Assembly: GCA_963668095.1 (NCBI GenBank)
Contig: OY764083.1
Coordinates: 1,061,525-1,125,524, forward strand
Direction: 5' to 3'
Origin: Acidobacteriota bacterium
Lineage (GTDB): Bacteria; Acidobacteriota; UBA6911; RPQK01; JAJDTT01
Length of the DNA stretch: 64,000 nt
Each line of letters opens with the position of its first letter. The stretch's first letter is position 1. The translations under genes were made by a program, and so were the position numbers. Shown here piece by piece: positions 39,128 to 50,000 of this stretch. The notes beneath the pieces are model-generated. The model saw only the letters and a list, made by a program, of their open reading frames with translations, had not been told where the DNA came from and did no database searches.

Positions 39128-39938
39128 TCAGACTAACCTCCGGTAACCCGGGGGTCCCGGTGCGTCCTTGTGCTGCGGCAAACCCGGTTGGGTCCGGCCA
39201 AACTGTAGACGGGGTGCGGCAGCCACCTGGTTTTCCGGTTCGCGCTGTCTCTGCTTGAGATTCCCGATATCTTTCTCAAGAACCTGACGTTCGCGCCAAA
39301 GCCTTTTCATCTCGCTCTTTAGACCCTCCAACACCGCGAGAATGTCGTCGAGTTTCTCCATTTGCGTGAGGGTCTCATCGCAACAACTTCCCTGCGCAGT
39401 CGTCGGGGCGAGCATAACTGATTCGATGGCGGCAGCGATCCCCTGATCACTGATGACACGACCTTCTACATCGGCCACCGAGAGCGTGACCCGCCGGTTC
39501 ATCCAGATCCCTTGTCCAAGACTATTGTCGCTCGTCGGTCTGCTCTCGCCGTAGGTTTCGACTGTGATCTGGGCTCCCTGGGCCCCGTACTTCACCAGGA
39601 AGTCTCCAACCGCCTTCGCGCGCCTGAGGGCCAATTCCACGTTGTCGCTATTCGAACCGATGTGATCCGCATGTCCTTGCAGGCGCACATGATAGTCGGG
39701 ACGCCGCTGCAGCAGTTCCGCCAAGCGCAACAGACTTGGGAACCCGGGCAGACAACGATTGCCCGAAGGCAAAGTTCACCTCTTCCCAATTGTTCGTGGT
39801 TTGGCCATTTTCTCCCTGGTCAAGAGGTTGGCCGGGCAGCGCCGCAATCACGAGACAAAACACAATAAAGGGATACAAAGAGGAAAATGTCAGACCTCCG
39901 AGGCGTGGGCGCGTGGAGATCATGGCTGATGCGTCCAT
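39128..39938 (-). pseudogene. OmpA-family protein with a frameshift near 39752-39757
   Basis: The signal peptide and domain start (EVNFAFGQS) are in one frame (39648-39938). The rest of the OmpA domain (LPGFPSLLRLAELL...RLQGHADHIGS...NRRV) and a coiled-coil tail are in another (39128-39772). Confidence 0.65.
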
Positions 39939-40142
39939 CCGCGGCTACGAAAGGCCAAGGGCATCCGTTTCGTTCAGGTGGAAAGAACTGGGGAGGAGGG
40001 GGGGCGCCTTCACAAGGCTATCATCGGCCACATGGTCTTCCGGGTGAAGATTGGCTCCGTCGAATGGGAGACCAATTAGGGGGTCGATCTTTAGTGAACA
40101 ACTTCTAAACTATTGAAATATAATTAGTTAGATAATTATAAA

Positions 40143-40232
<90 letters not shown>

Positions 40233-40316
40233 AATCCGGAAGTTTCAAGCGGTGAATTCTACTTCCTGGGTGGGTCCGGAACAAGGCCGCAGCCCGGCGG
40301 AGACCCAGGTCAGACC

Positions 40317-41153
40317 TTACCCGGAATCGGAATCCGGCCAATATGCGGAAACGGCGTTCGCACCCATGACGGCGGCCATTTCCGCGGGTTCCAGTTCGGT
40401 GTAGAAGCGCTCCTGGAGCCCCAAAGCACTGGCGTAGCTGCACTTGAGCAGCACATGGGGGAAATCGCTCCCCCAGATCAGCCGATCCGCGCCGAAGGCC
40501 TCATGGAAGGCCCTGAAGAACGGATGGCAGTCCCGGTAGGGCCACCCTTGGCGGGAGTGGTAGTAGTAGCCGCTGACCTTTACCGACACCTGGGGATACC
40601 GGCTGAGCGCCAGCAGGTCCCGGAATGCCGGATCGCCCGTTCCCGCGGTCACGTCGGGATAGGCCATGTGATCGATCAGGAGAGGGACCTGGGGAAACCG
40701 CTCCGCCAGCCCGGCCAGCGCCGGAACGTGTTCCATCCTCATGAGCAGGTTCACAGCGATTCCCAGATCCTGGGCCGCTTCCCAGACCGGATACGAAGCG
40801 GGCCGGCCGAAGGTCACTTCCTCGCCAGGAACATTGGGGCGGATTCTCAATCCCCGGCAACCCCGTTCCCGGACCCAGTAGCGAAGACGCCGGTCCGCGC
40901 CCTCCCGCCGCGGGTCCACATAGCACACGGCCGCCAGTCGGTCCGGATCCCGGGCGGCGCAATCGGCCACGTAGGAATTGTCCTCACCGGGGTAGAGGGG
41001 CTGCACCACGACGGCCCGGTCCACACCGTGTTCGTCCATATACTGTTTCAGCAGTTCTACCGGAACATCCGAGGTCGGACTGACGATGGTGGCTCCGGGA
41101 TTGGGATGATCGGGAGCCGAGCGCCAGACGTGAAGATGCGCGTCAACGATCAT
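40317..41153 (-). CDS. amidohydrolase-2 family metal-dependent hydrolase
   Basis: 278 aa. MIVDAHLHVW...IDHM...SDFPH pattern. Confidence 0.85.
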   Translation of the reverse strand: MIVDAHLHVWRSAPDHPNPGATIVSPTSDVPVELLKQYMDEHGVDRAVVVQPLYPGEDNSYVADCAARDPDRLAAVCYVDPRREGADRRLRYWVRERGCRGLRIRPNVPGEEVTFGRPASYPVWEAAQDLGIAVNLLMRMEHVPALAGLAERFPQVPLLIDHMAYPDVTAGTGDPAFRDLLALSRYPQVSVKVSGYYYHSRQGWPYRDCHPFFRAFHEAFGADRLIWGSDFPHVLLKCSYASALGLQERFYTELEPAEMAAVMGANAVSAYWPDSDSG

Positions 41154-42439
41154 TCTTCAGATCCGCTTGCCTTCTCCAGCGTCCAGAAAACTCCCGCGAC
41201 GACCCCTTTGAGGGGGTCCGGGACCGACTCGATGTGGGCGTAGTGATAAACGGCCGTCATGAAGCGTCCCGGAGAAATCTCGACGGTCGGGGAGGTAAAT
41301 CCCGCCACGGGAGCCAGCAGGAACCTCTTGGACCGGTTCATGAGCGGAGTTCCGGAGCGGGTGCCGTCGACCCAGGTCTGTCCGCCGTCCAGGCTGATCC
41401 GCGCCGCCCTGCGGGTGTTCCCACTATGTCCCCAGGCGTGGGTCACCACCACGACGTTGCTGGGCGTCCAATCGACCGTACCCCGGTGACCGTACCAATC
41501 GGTCATTCCGCCGGGCGCCAACTGAAACATCCGGCCCCCGTCCTTCGACTCGAAGAGCGCCCCCTGCTTGTAGTAGTGCATGGGGTTCCCCGTCTCCATC
41601 ATCATCTTGGCGCCGTCCTCCTCGGGGCGGCCCAGACGCTGGATCCGGGTCATGACAAGAACGTGGTCCGGGTCGCCGGGACCGATGGCCAGCGTCGACT
41701 CGTGAGCGTTCAGGTCGGTGTAGACGCGGGCGGGTTCCCCCCAGGTGACTCCGCCGTCGGTGGAGCGCAAGACCACGTCCCCGAAATAGTCCTCCGGCGT
41801 GCCCCCGTACATGTAGTTGGGAGGACTCACCGGATCGGTGGGTGGATGTTTCTTCTTGTACTCTTCACTGGAAACGACGGTGGTGTTGAAGAGAAGGGTA
41901 CCGTCCGGCTGTTCGATGACGGCCCGGTTGCCGTCCTCATGGAATTTGATGTTGGGCGTCCCTGCCCCGAACTTGGTGAAGTCGGTCTCCGACGAGGTCC
42001 AGGTCTTCCCGCGATCGTCCGAGTAGGAGACAAACAGGTCCTGGCCGTAGAGACGCAGCTCCTTCTGGTTGGGCGGATGGTCTCCGCTGGTCTGGTGGAT
42101 CAGGAAGATCCTTCCTGCCGCGCTCACACCCATTCCCTGCACCACCTGGTGGGGCCGGCCGAGATCCGCCGGGGAGGAGGTCCAGGTCTCGCCATTGTCG
42201 GCGCTTGAGTACAGGGCGGGCGGATCGGTTTGAAGCGCCAGGTAGATGGTCCCGTCCGGATGCCGGGCCATGGCCATCATCGCCCGTTTGGAGGCGCCCG
42301 CCGGGACGATGTTCACCAGCCGTTCGATCTTCACCGTCACCCGGTGATCCATCTCTTCTTTCTCTGTTTTCTGCGGTCCTTGCTGGCAGGCAGGAGAGAT
42401 CAGCAAAATCAACGTTAGCCAGATTGGGATTCGATTCAT
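41150..42439 (-). CDS. BNR/Asp-box repeat lipoprotein (sialidase-like)
   Basis: Start MNRIPIWLTLILLISPAC (lipobox). Boxes SADNGETW, SDDRGKTW, STDGGVTW, SKDGGRMF, SLDGGQTW. ATGA overlap with the amidohydrolase gene. Confidence 0.8.
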   Translation of the reverse strand: MNRIPIWLTLILLISPACQQGPQKTEKEEMDHRVTVKIERLVNIVPAGASKRAMMAMARHPDGTIYLALQTDPPALYSSADNGETWTSSPADLGRPHQVVQGMGVSAAGRIFLIHQTSGDHPPNQKELRLYGQDLFVSYSDDRGKTWTSSETDFTKFGAGTPNIKFHEDGNRAVIEQPDGTLLFNTTVVSSEEYKKKHPPTDPVSPPNYMYGGTPEDYFGDVVLRSTDGGVTWGEPARVYTDLNAHESTLAIGPGDPDHVLVMTRIQRLGRPEEDGAKMMMETGNPMHYYKQGALFESKDGGRMFQLAPGGMTDWYGHRGTVDWTPSNVVVVTHAWGHSGNTRRAARISLDGGQTWVDGTRSGTPLMNRSKRFLLAPVAGFTSPTVEISPGRFMTAVYHYAHIESVPDPLKGVVAGVFWTLEKASGSEE

Positions 42440-42626
42440 GATATTTAGTTCTCCCTGAGCGGACTTGGTGGCAACGGCGACGGAAGATACCCGAACTGAG
42501 CGATTTCCATACCGTCGAGAGGAATCAGTAGCGTAGAACGTTTGTCCATTGTCAACGCGGCCAATGGCTGCCGTCAAGGTGCGCGCCTTACTGTATCTGC
42601 CAAACAGACGGCGTCCCACCGATAAT

Positions 42627-43343
42627 TCACTTCCCGGCGACGAAGAGTACCCGTCTTGCTTCTTCGATCCCTCGATCGCGGTCAAGGGAAATACAGGAGA
42701 CATCCGCAAAGCCGCTTCGTTCGAGCGCCTGGACAACCGTGGAAACGGGATACCAGGTCTGCACCAGATGAACAACGTCGGGGCGGACCCGATGCGGAGA
42801 CGTTATCGTCGCCCGGAACTCCGCCAGCCGAGTGTCCTCGCAATAGGAAGTCGATGCCACCGTGGTCGAACTCGGATCGGGGACAGTCCAGGTGCCCGAC
42901 CAAGAGGTCCGGTATTGAACTTCCGTATTGAGATCGAAGGCAAATACGCCTCTTGGAGCGAGGCAACTCGAAACGTTGAGGAGCGCCGACTCGAGATCGT
43001 CCAGCGTCAACAGATGATTGAGGCTGTCGTACAGCGAGAAGGCGGCAGCAAACTTGCGAAACAGGAAAAATGATCGAACATCCGCACAGATGAAACCGCA
43101 GCCGGGAGCGTTCACGGCCGCATGACGGAGCATTTCGTAAGAGGCGTCGACGCCGACAACCCGAAAGCCCCCTGCGCTCAGCTTCCGGGCAAACTGGCCG
43201 GTGCCGCAGCAGGCATCGAGGATGACGCTGCCGGGATCGAGCTTGCGCAGTACAAGGCGTTCCAATCGCGGGAACGAGCCAAGGGAGTCCTCACCCCAGT
43301 GCGTGTTGTAGACGGCGGCGAATCTGTCGTAATTGGAATGCAT
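42627..43343 (-). CDS. class I SAM-dependent methyltransferase
   Basis: 238 aa. Motif I VILDACCGTG, followed by VVGVDAS. Confidence 0.85.
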   Translation of the reverse strand: MHSNYDRFAAVYNTHWGEDSLGSFPRLERLVLRKLDPGSVILDACCGTGQFARKLSAGGFRVVGVDASYEMLRHAAVNAPGCGFICADVRSFFLFRKFAAAFSLYDSLNHLLTLDDLESALLNVSSCLAPRGVFAFDLNTEVQYRTSWSGTWTVPDPSSTTVASTSYCEDTRLAEFRATITSPHRVRPDVVHLVQTWYPVSTVVQALERSGFADVSCISLDRDRGIEEARRVLFVAGK

Positions 43344-43360
43344 CGCCTTTACGGATCTTT

Positions 43361-44365
43361 ATGGAGAGTTATTCAACTGGGAATATCCCTAAGGAGAAGA
43401 CGACTTCACCCACTACGAACGCCCTCGAAGTGTCTCCCTCAACGTCTTCCGCAGTCGGACGACTGGCCCGGATTAGTACTGGAGCACGCGAGTTGGCAGC
43501 CGCGAGTATCTCGGCCAACACCAGAGTCGCCTATCAGGGACAGCTGCAACGCCTCTACGATTACCTCGATGGGCAGCCTCTCACGGATGAAACGCTTGCG
43601 GAATATCTCACCAGTATGCACGATGACGGAAAATCCCCCGCCGTCGCAGGCCAGTTGGTGGCTGCCGTCCGGTTTCAGTCCAAGACGACCGGCCAACCGT
43701 CCCCGGTGGGTTCCGTAAGCAATGCCGTCCTCGCCGGGCTCCGCCGCAAGGGAAAGGGACGAGGGCGAGGGCAGGTGGAAGGCATTCGATGGCGGGACGC
43801 GGACGTTATGGCCGCGCTTGCCGCCAACGGGAACGACTCTCTGGCCGGATTGCGAGACGCTGCGATCATCGCCACCATGAGCGATGCCATGCTCCGGGTC
43901 TCGGAACTGTGCGCTCTGGAGGTCGAGGACCTGACCATTGAACCGGACGGCTCAGGCCGTCTCCTCATCCGATACTCGAAAACCGACCAAGAAGGCGAGG
44001 GAGCCGTGCAATATCTCGGGCTCCGGACTGTGAAGAGAATTCGGGCGTGGCTGCAAAAGGCCGGAATCTCCAACGGCCCCCTGTTTCGCCGGGTGCGCCG
44101 CGGGGAAATCATCGGGAATCAGCCACTCTCGGTCTCCGGGCTTCGTCTCATGTTAAAGCGACGTGCTACCGCCGCCGGTATCGAAGGACGCGTGTCTGGC
44201 CACAGCCTCCGGATTGGAACGGCCCAAAGTCTTGCCGGACGCGGAGCCTCGGTCATCGAGATGCAGGTCGGCGGCCGGTGGTCGTCGCCACAGATGCCGG
44301 GACATTATGCCCGTGCGCAACTGGCCGGCAAGGGTGCCGTGGCCCGCCTCCGGTATGGGGCCTGA
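43361..44365 (+). CDS. Cre-like tyrosine recombinase
   Basis: 334 aa. MLRVSEL (Arg I), SGHSLRIG (His-x-x-Arg), GGRWSS (Trp where most family members have His, as in Cre), GHYAR (Tyr). Confidence 0.85.
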   Translation: MESYSTGNIPKEKTTSPTTNALEVSPSTSSAVGRLARISTGARELAAASISANTRVAYQGQLQRLYDYLDGQPLTDETLAEYLTSMHDDGKSPAVAGQLVAAVRFQSKTTGQPSPVGSVSNAVLAGLRRKGKGRGRGQVEGIRWRDADVMAALAANGNDSLAGLRDAAIIATMSDAMLRVSELCALEVEDLTIEPDGSGRLLIRYSKTDQEGEGAVQYLGLRTVKRIRAWLQKAGISNGPLFRRVRRGEIIGNQPLSVSGLRLMLKRRATAAGIEGRVSGHSLRIGTAQSLAGRGASVIEMQVGGRWSSPQMPGHYARAQLAGKGAVARLRYGA

Positions 44366-44640
44366 ACTCCGTTTCCCGGAGTGTTAGTGGCCAAACGAGT
44401 TGAGGCGTGCTGAGTGACGTTTGTCGGAGAACCGATCCTTCCTTAGAAACGTCACCAGACTGCGTTAGCGGTCAAGGACGGCCATACCATGCCCCAGAAG
44501 AGATCGACGATTCTGGGTCGCCCTTCAGGTCTTTTTCTTGACCTCAGAAAACATCCCGCAAAGGGGGCAGTGTAACTTCAGTAAATTTCAGTTAACGGAC
44601 TTACTAAAGATAATCGCAGTCTTGCGCTGTTCCTCCCAAC

Positions 44641-46230
44641 TCATCTTTGAACGGGCACGACGGGCAGGGTGGTGAAGATCCGGTTGCCGGAATCCAACTC
44701 CAGGGCGACCCCGGCGAACCGTTCCCCTTCAGGAGCGGTGCAACGAACCGACCCGGCGAAGTCGGACGTATCGGTCTGGGTGAACAACTCGTGGATGAAC
44801 TTGGCAGTCTGACCGTTACCGGCCAGTGGAATCTCCTCCGTCTCCAACACCGCGCCTCCCTTCATCAATCGGCAACTCACTTTGATCGGATTCTCTCCCA
44901 GGTTCCGGATCGCGGCCCCGGTGTTGATTCCGCCCTCTTGGCGGCGCGCTGGGAAAATGACGTCGCCCGCGGGCGCACTGGCCCCCACGCCAGCCACGCC
45001 CAGGGACGGGGCGTCGAACCGCAGGACTCCGCCGATACGGGCCGCGCCGCCAGCGTCCTCCCGGTTTTTTCCGCCCTGGAGATTAAAGCGCACAATTTCG
45101 GAGAACACCGTCACCGATCCGGTCACCAACTCCCCTCGCCCATGGGTCGAAATCACCAGTTCACTGAGAGATTCGAGCGCCGTCCCGACGGTCAACGCTC
45201 CGTCCTCCCGGACTTTCAGACCGCCCGTCACGTCCACCACCGATTCGGGGTCGATGAGTTCACCCATTCGATCGTGGAAGTAGATGGCTGGGTAAGCCGC
45301 CGAGGGCTCCACGTTCAGCAACACCAAGTCCGAGGTGAAGGACCCTCCATTCCCGAAATGCGCAAAGATCAGAGGCTGTCGAAGGTCCACCGTGATTGGA
45401 TGAATGGCATTGTCCGATTGAGCCTGGAGAAGCCGGTCGAAGTAGGCGATCCGATTCGGGATCGCCTCCAATATTGTCCGCTCGTAAGCTCGGGAGATTC
45501 GAGCCGAACGATATCGGACAGCCAGATACGGCAGGAACGACTCGGCGATGTCTTCTCGTTCCGGGTAATCTCGTGCGTAGTCGGAAATGAAGTTGCCATC
45601 GGCCATCTGGGCTGCGCGCCATTCGTCGGCGTCGACAATCCCCATCCCGGGTGGGTCCAGGGAAGTGTGCGCCGCCTCGTGGACCAATAGCTCCTCTAAG
45701 AAACCCCTCGCCTCGGCGTCTTCGGCAGATTCTGTATGAATGAGAATATTGTTGTTTCCACCCCCGGCAGGCTGATCCCCTTTATGGATCCAGACTGTCT
45801 CAACATTGGTTCGAAGAACGGTCGGCAATTGGCCGATGACTCTCCCATATTTGTTGGCCTCAGCCATTGCGGCCGATGCACGGCCGTACTCCGGGTTGAC
45901 CTGAATCTCCGCAGTCAGCCCATCATCAAATCGAGCCATGAACAAATAAGCGTTGATCTCGATCCATTCCTCGACCCGCCGGTCGAACATCGTCCGTTGC
46001 CCCCGTCCGGCATCCGTCACGCTCACGAGCGCGGTTGGATCGGATGGCGTGATGATGTCCGGGTCGATCCAGACGGTGCCCGAGTAGGGGGGGACGGAGG
46101 AATCGGCTTGGACGAGGCTCTTCGGAGCCCCTCCAAGGATCAGGATCAGGCTGGATAGAAAGAGAATCCGATATCGTCTAATTTTGGGGAATCGGGGGGA
46201 GTCCGGAACGCTGGCGAGGATCTTGTCCAT
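44641..46230 (-). CDS. secreted HExxH protein with a C-terminal module shared with the giant proteins
   Basis: 529 aa. N-terminal hydrophobic anchor/signal. Motif LLVHEAAHTS. C-terminal half (HFGNGGSFTSDLVLLN...) resembles the YFPDYVDGGGWSVQL modules. Confidence 0.7.
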   Translation of the reverse strand: MDKILASVPDSPRFPKIRRYRILFLSSLILILGGAPKSLVQADSSVPPYSGTVWIDPDIITPSDPTALVSVTDAGRGQRTMFDRRVEEWIEINAYLFMARFDDGLTAEIQVNPEYGRASAAMAEANKYGRVIGQLPTVLRTNVETVWIHKGDQPAGGGNNNILIHTESAEDAEARGFLEELLVHEAAHTSLDPPGMGIVDADEWRAAQMADGNFISDYARDYPEREDIAESFLPYLAVRYRSARISRAYERTILEAIPNRIAYFDRLLQAQSDNAIHPITVDLRQPLIFAHFGNGGSFTSDLVLLNVEPSAAYPAIYFHDRMGELIDPESVVDVTGGLKVREDGALTVGTALESLSELVISTHGRGELVTGSVTVFSEIVRFNLQGGKNREDAGGAARIGGVLRFDAPSLGVAGVGASAPAGDVIFPARRQEGGINTGAAIRNLGENPIKVSCRLMKGGAVLETEEIPLAGNGQTAKFIHELFTQTDTSDFAGSVRCTAPEGERFAGVALELDSGNRIFTTLPVVPVQR

Positions 46231-46323
46231 TGGTCATCTCCATTGATCGAAGGGCTCTAAACGAGGAAAAGAGAGGGAAAACTAAGGGGGTTATATACGA
46301 AAGTGCCGAAACCTGAGCATTAG

Positions 46324-46768
46324 CGCCGCTTCCCGAGTGCCGGTAGGTCAACAGTCCACTCACCGATGGCGGAACGGTCCGGACCTCGATCCAGCCCCGC
46401 CGGATCTCCCCGATCCCGACGCTTCGGAGCACTCGACTGCCCAGGGGTGGAATCTCGAACGTGGTCTCGGAATCGAACAGCTCCGGGAGGGGTTGGCCGT
46501 CCTGGTCATAGGCGGTGACGGCCACGGCCGCTGCAGCGCGGCGGGCCACATTGCTGATCGCCAACTGCACCGACCACCCGCCTCCGTCCACGTAGTCGGG
46601 GAAATACAGGGTCGTCCCCTGACTGGTCTGGGTCTGTTGTTGGATCGACTCATCGGATGCCGGATCGGCGGTCTCCGCAGTCTGGGCGGGTTCATGCGCT
46701 ACCGACCCGGCGGACAAAAGCACAAAGGCGGCCAGCGAACCCCAGAATGTCTTCGTGATGTTGCGCAT
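46324..46768 (-). pseudogene. 5' fragment (about 148 codons) of a giant-protein paralog
   Basis: MRNITKTFWGSLAAF...LTYRHSGSG is about 93% identical to the N-terminus of the gene at 61693. Homology stops abruptly at 46324 and the frame runs into unrelated sequence. Confidence 0.75.
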
Positions 46769-47043
46769 GACTTCCCTTCTTCTTGGAAGCAAATGGAGGT
46801 CTCGGAATCAGTCTAAAAGTGTTCTGCGTAGGACTTGGCAATGTCTTCGGGATCGGCTATCTCCAGCATTCCGGGTGACCATCTTCTGACCCGTGCTTCC
46901 GGGGGCTCGGGCCTGAACCACACCCCGCGAAGGAAACGGCGAAACACCGAAATCCCCTCGGTTATCCCAGCGAACGTCCTTAACATTCGGTTAACGGACG
47001 TCAGTCTGAAGAACTGTGCTCTCTGAGCGGACGATCTACTCTT

Positions 47044-50000
47044 CTATTTTGTCCAGTCTTCGGGATCGGGGATGCCGTGGCTGGTCAACCTCTCCAATCC
47101 CGGGTCCAAAGACAGCGCCGACACGGCGGCGTCCACGTTTTGGGGAGCGGCCTCCGTACCGCGTAGGATGGCGCGAATCTGCCCGGTCCGCGGATTACGT
47201 AGAATCGTCATCGGGTGGTCGGTTTCCTCATCCAGCGTGACCGAGCCTCCGGGTCCGATCAGGGTGATACTGGCCAACTCGTCGGCCCATTCGGGACGCA
47301 CGGGCAGGACGAAGGCAAAGGAGGAACTCCCGTCTCCGTCGGCAACCTTGGGCATCTGGAATTGCAACGAGAACATCTCGTCCCCGTCAGCGGTTCTTCC
47401 GCTGATCCGGTGCTCGCCGGCGGAGCGCGGCAGCGAGGTCGGAGCCTCCACAACGAACGTCGGCTCCAGGAAAGGAACTCCAGCGGCGTCCACGCCGCCC
47501 CACAGTAGGAGGGACTTGGCGGGAGCGGCGACCAGGGATGACAGGCCGCTGCTGGCGGCGGTGTGCATGCGGTGGCTGAGTGCCTTGTTGAAGAAATAGT
47601 CGCTGATCCAGTAGCCGGTAAAGGTACAGTAGGACATCACGTCCGCCATGTGCGGTGGCACCAACGTATTCCGTTCGAAGTCGTAGCCCCAAGTTCCAAT
47701 GCTCCCGTGAGAATGCGGGAACCAGGGGTCGACCAGGGACGGACTGCCACACGGGGCGTGCTTGAGCGAAAGGTTGTGTCCCAGCTCGTGGGCAATAACG
47801 GAAGGGTCACGCTTCGACACGCTTTCCCAACCGCCGAGGAAGGCTATTCCGTCGGTCGTATAGCCCTCATAGAATCTGTCTGCGTCCAACACACCGATCC
47901 AGTATCCCGAACCGCCTTCCATGAGACGCATTGCTTGAACCTGCCCCAGTATCGATACGGTAATGCGGGTCGTGACGGTAACTGGCTCATGCGTCGCCAC
48001 AGCGACATCCGCTACCGGCAGCAGCATCCTCGCGTCACGGAGCAACTCGTGACCATCCGGATCCGCTGCCATCTCGCCTACGATCTCGACGACGGACGAG
48101 TCCGGGTCGGTTTCCCATAGAATCGGGACCAAGGTCAATTGGAAGGGTGGCACGGGCCGAACGTCAACGGCCAGTCGGCCCGAATCGGGAATCCGCATCG
48201 TCACGCCAAGCGCCGGGTCCAAGGCACCATCCGGGTCGACCTCGATCACCATTTCGAGTCCCGGCTGCACCACGCGGCCGGGAATCTCTGCATTGGCCGA
48301 TGTTGCCAGATCGCCCTCATCCACTTGGATCGGGATCGGCGTCGATTTGCCCGGGATGTCCACGACGTGTGTTTCCCGGTCATTGCGATAGAAGCGGGCC
48401 CGTACCGGCGGAATGCCTGCGTCCGTGTTCTTCTTGGCCGTCGGGAACACCCGCAGCAGCGCCTTTTCGCCCGCCACCAGCGGCACCGGATCGCCCCACG
48501 ATTGCACGGCCTGCGTCAGGTATACGTCGGGCCCCTCGCGGCAACGCATCAGGTAGCGGTCGCCTATGGCGCCGAACCATGCGTCGAAGCGGGCGTCCGC
48601 CGGCCGACACAACGCGGTGCCACCGGCCATTAGCAACTCGAGCCGGCCGAGCGCCGTGATGTCCGCAGGTAGTGGCCCGGCCAAACTGGGGTTGTCCGTG
48701 AGGATCAGCGAATTCATCAGCGTGAGGTTGGCGAATTCAGGCGGCATCAGCCCGGACAGCGCGTTGTCCCGCAGGTCAAGGCCCTCAAGTTTGGAGGCAC
48801 GCCCGAGTTCGGCGGGCAGTGGTCCCGAGAGTTCGTTTTCGCCCAGGTCCAGCGTCACAAGACTCGCCAGATCACCCAACTCCGCCGGGATAGCGCCTGT
48901 AAGTCTATTGTTGCCCAAGTCCAGCGTGGCAAGACTCGCCAGATCACCCAACTCCGCCGGGATGGAACCCGAGAGATCGTTGTCCGAGAGTCGAAGTTCC
49001 CGGACGTTGGCGAGGCCGCCCAATTCCGCCGGAATCGGCCCGGACAACCGGTTGTCCGAGAGATTCAACACTGACAGGCGGCCCAGCACCCCAAGCCTTG
49101 GCGGGATGCGGCCGGTCAAATGGTTGTCGGCAAGTCCGATGGACTCGATCACCCTGAGCTTGGCAAGTTCCACCGGAATGCTTCCGCTGAGTTGATTCCT
49201 CTCGACGTCAAGCGACACAAGACCGCTCAGGCCGCCCAGTTCCGACGGAACCGGGCCCGACAGGAAATTGTTGCCGAGATCGAGCTCAGTTAGGTTAGTA
49301 AGCCCACCGAATTCCGGCGGGATATCGCCGCCGAGCCGGTTCCATCGAAGATCGAGCGACTCCAGACGGCCCAGGCCGCTCAGCTCCGGCGGAACCGAAC
49401 CCGAGAGGCGGTTAACGCCAAGTTCCAGTACACGTAGTTGTAGCAGCTGCCCAAGCTCTGCGGGAATGCTCCCGCTGAGTTGATTTGACCAAAGGGAGAG
49501 CTCTTCCAGACGTGCCAAGTCACCCAGCTCCGGCGGGATCGATCCCAACAGATCGTTACCATTGAGATTCAAGACCCGTAGTTCGGACAACTCCCCGAGT
49601 TCCACCGGAATCGATCCGGAAAGGCCGTTGTATCCAAGCTGCAGGCGCACAATCCGTCCTGGCGCGTCGGTATCCACGCCATGCCACTCCTCCACCGGTG
49701 CATCGGTCAGCCAACCCGCGCGCTGGCGCCAGTTCGGACCGTCCGTATTCCGGTACAACCGCTCAAGAATCTCTCGTTCGGTGAGGGGAGGACACTGCAC
49801 TCCAGTCCCGCTGTGGCCCGGGATGCCGCTCAACCACTGCTGGAATGCGGCATCGTCGGCTACGCACAGGGAAGTGCCTCCGTAGTCGAACTCCTCCAGC
49901 GCCAAGCCAGTAAGCGACCTGGGCAGCTGGCCAGCCAGCGCGTTGTCCCGGATCCGTAGCTCCTTCAGATTGACGAGTCGACCCAGCGCCTCGGGAAGAT

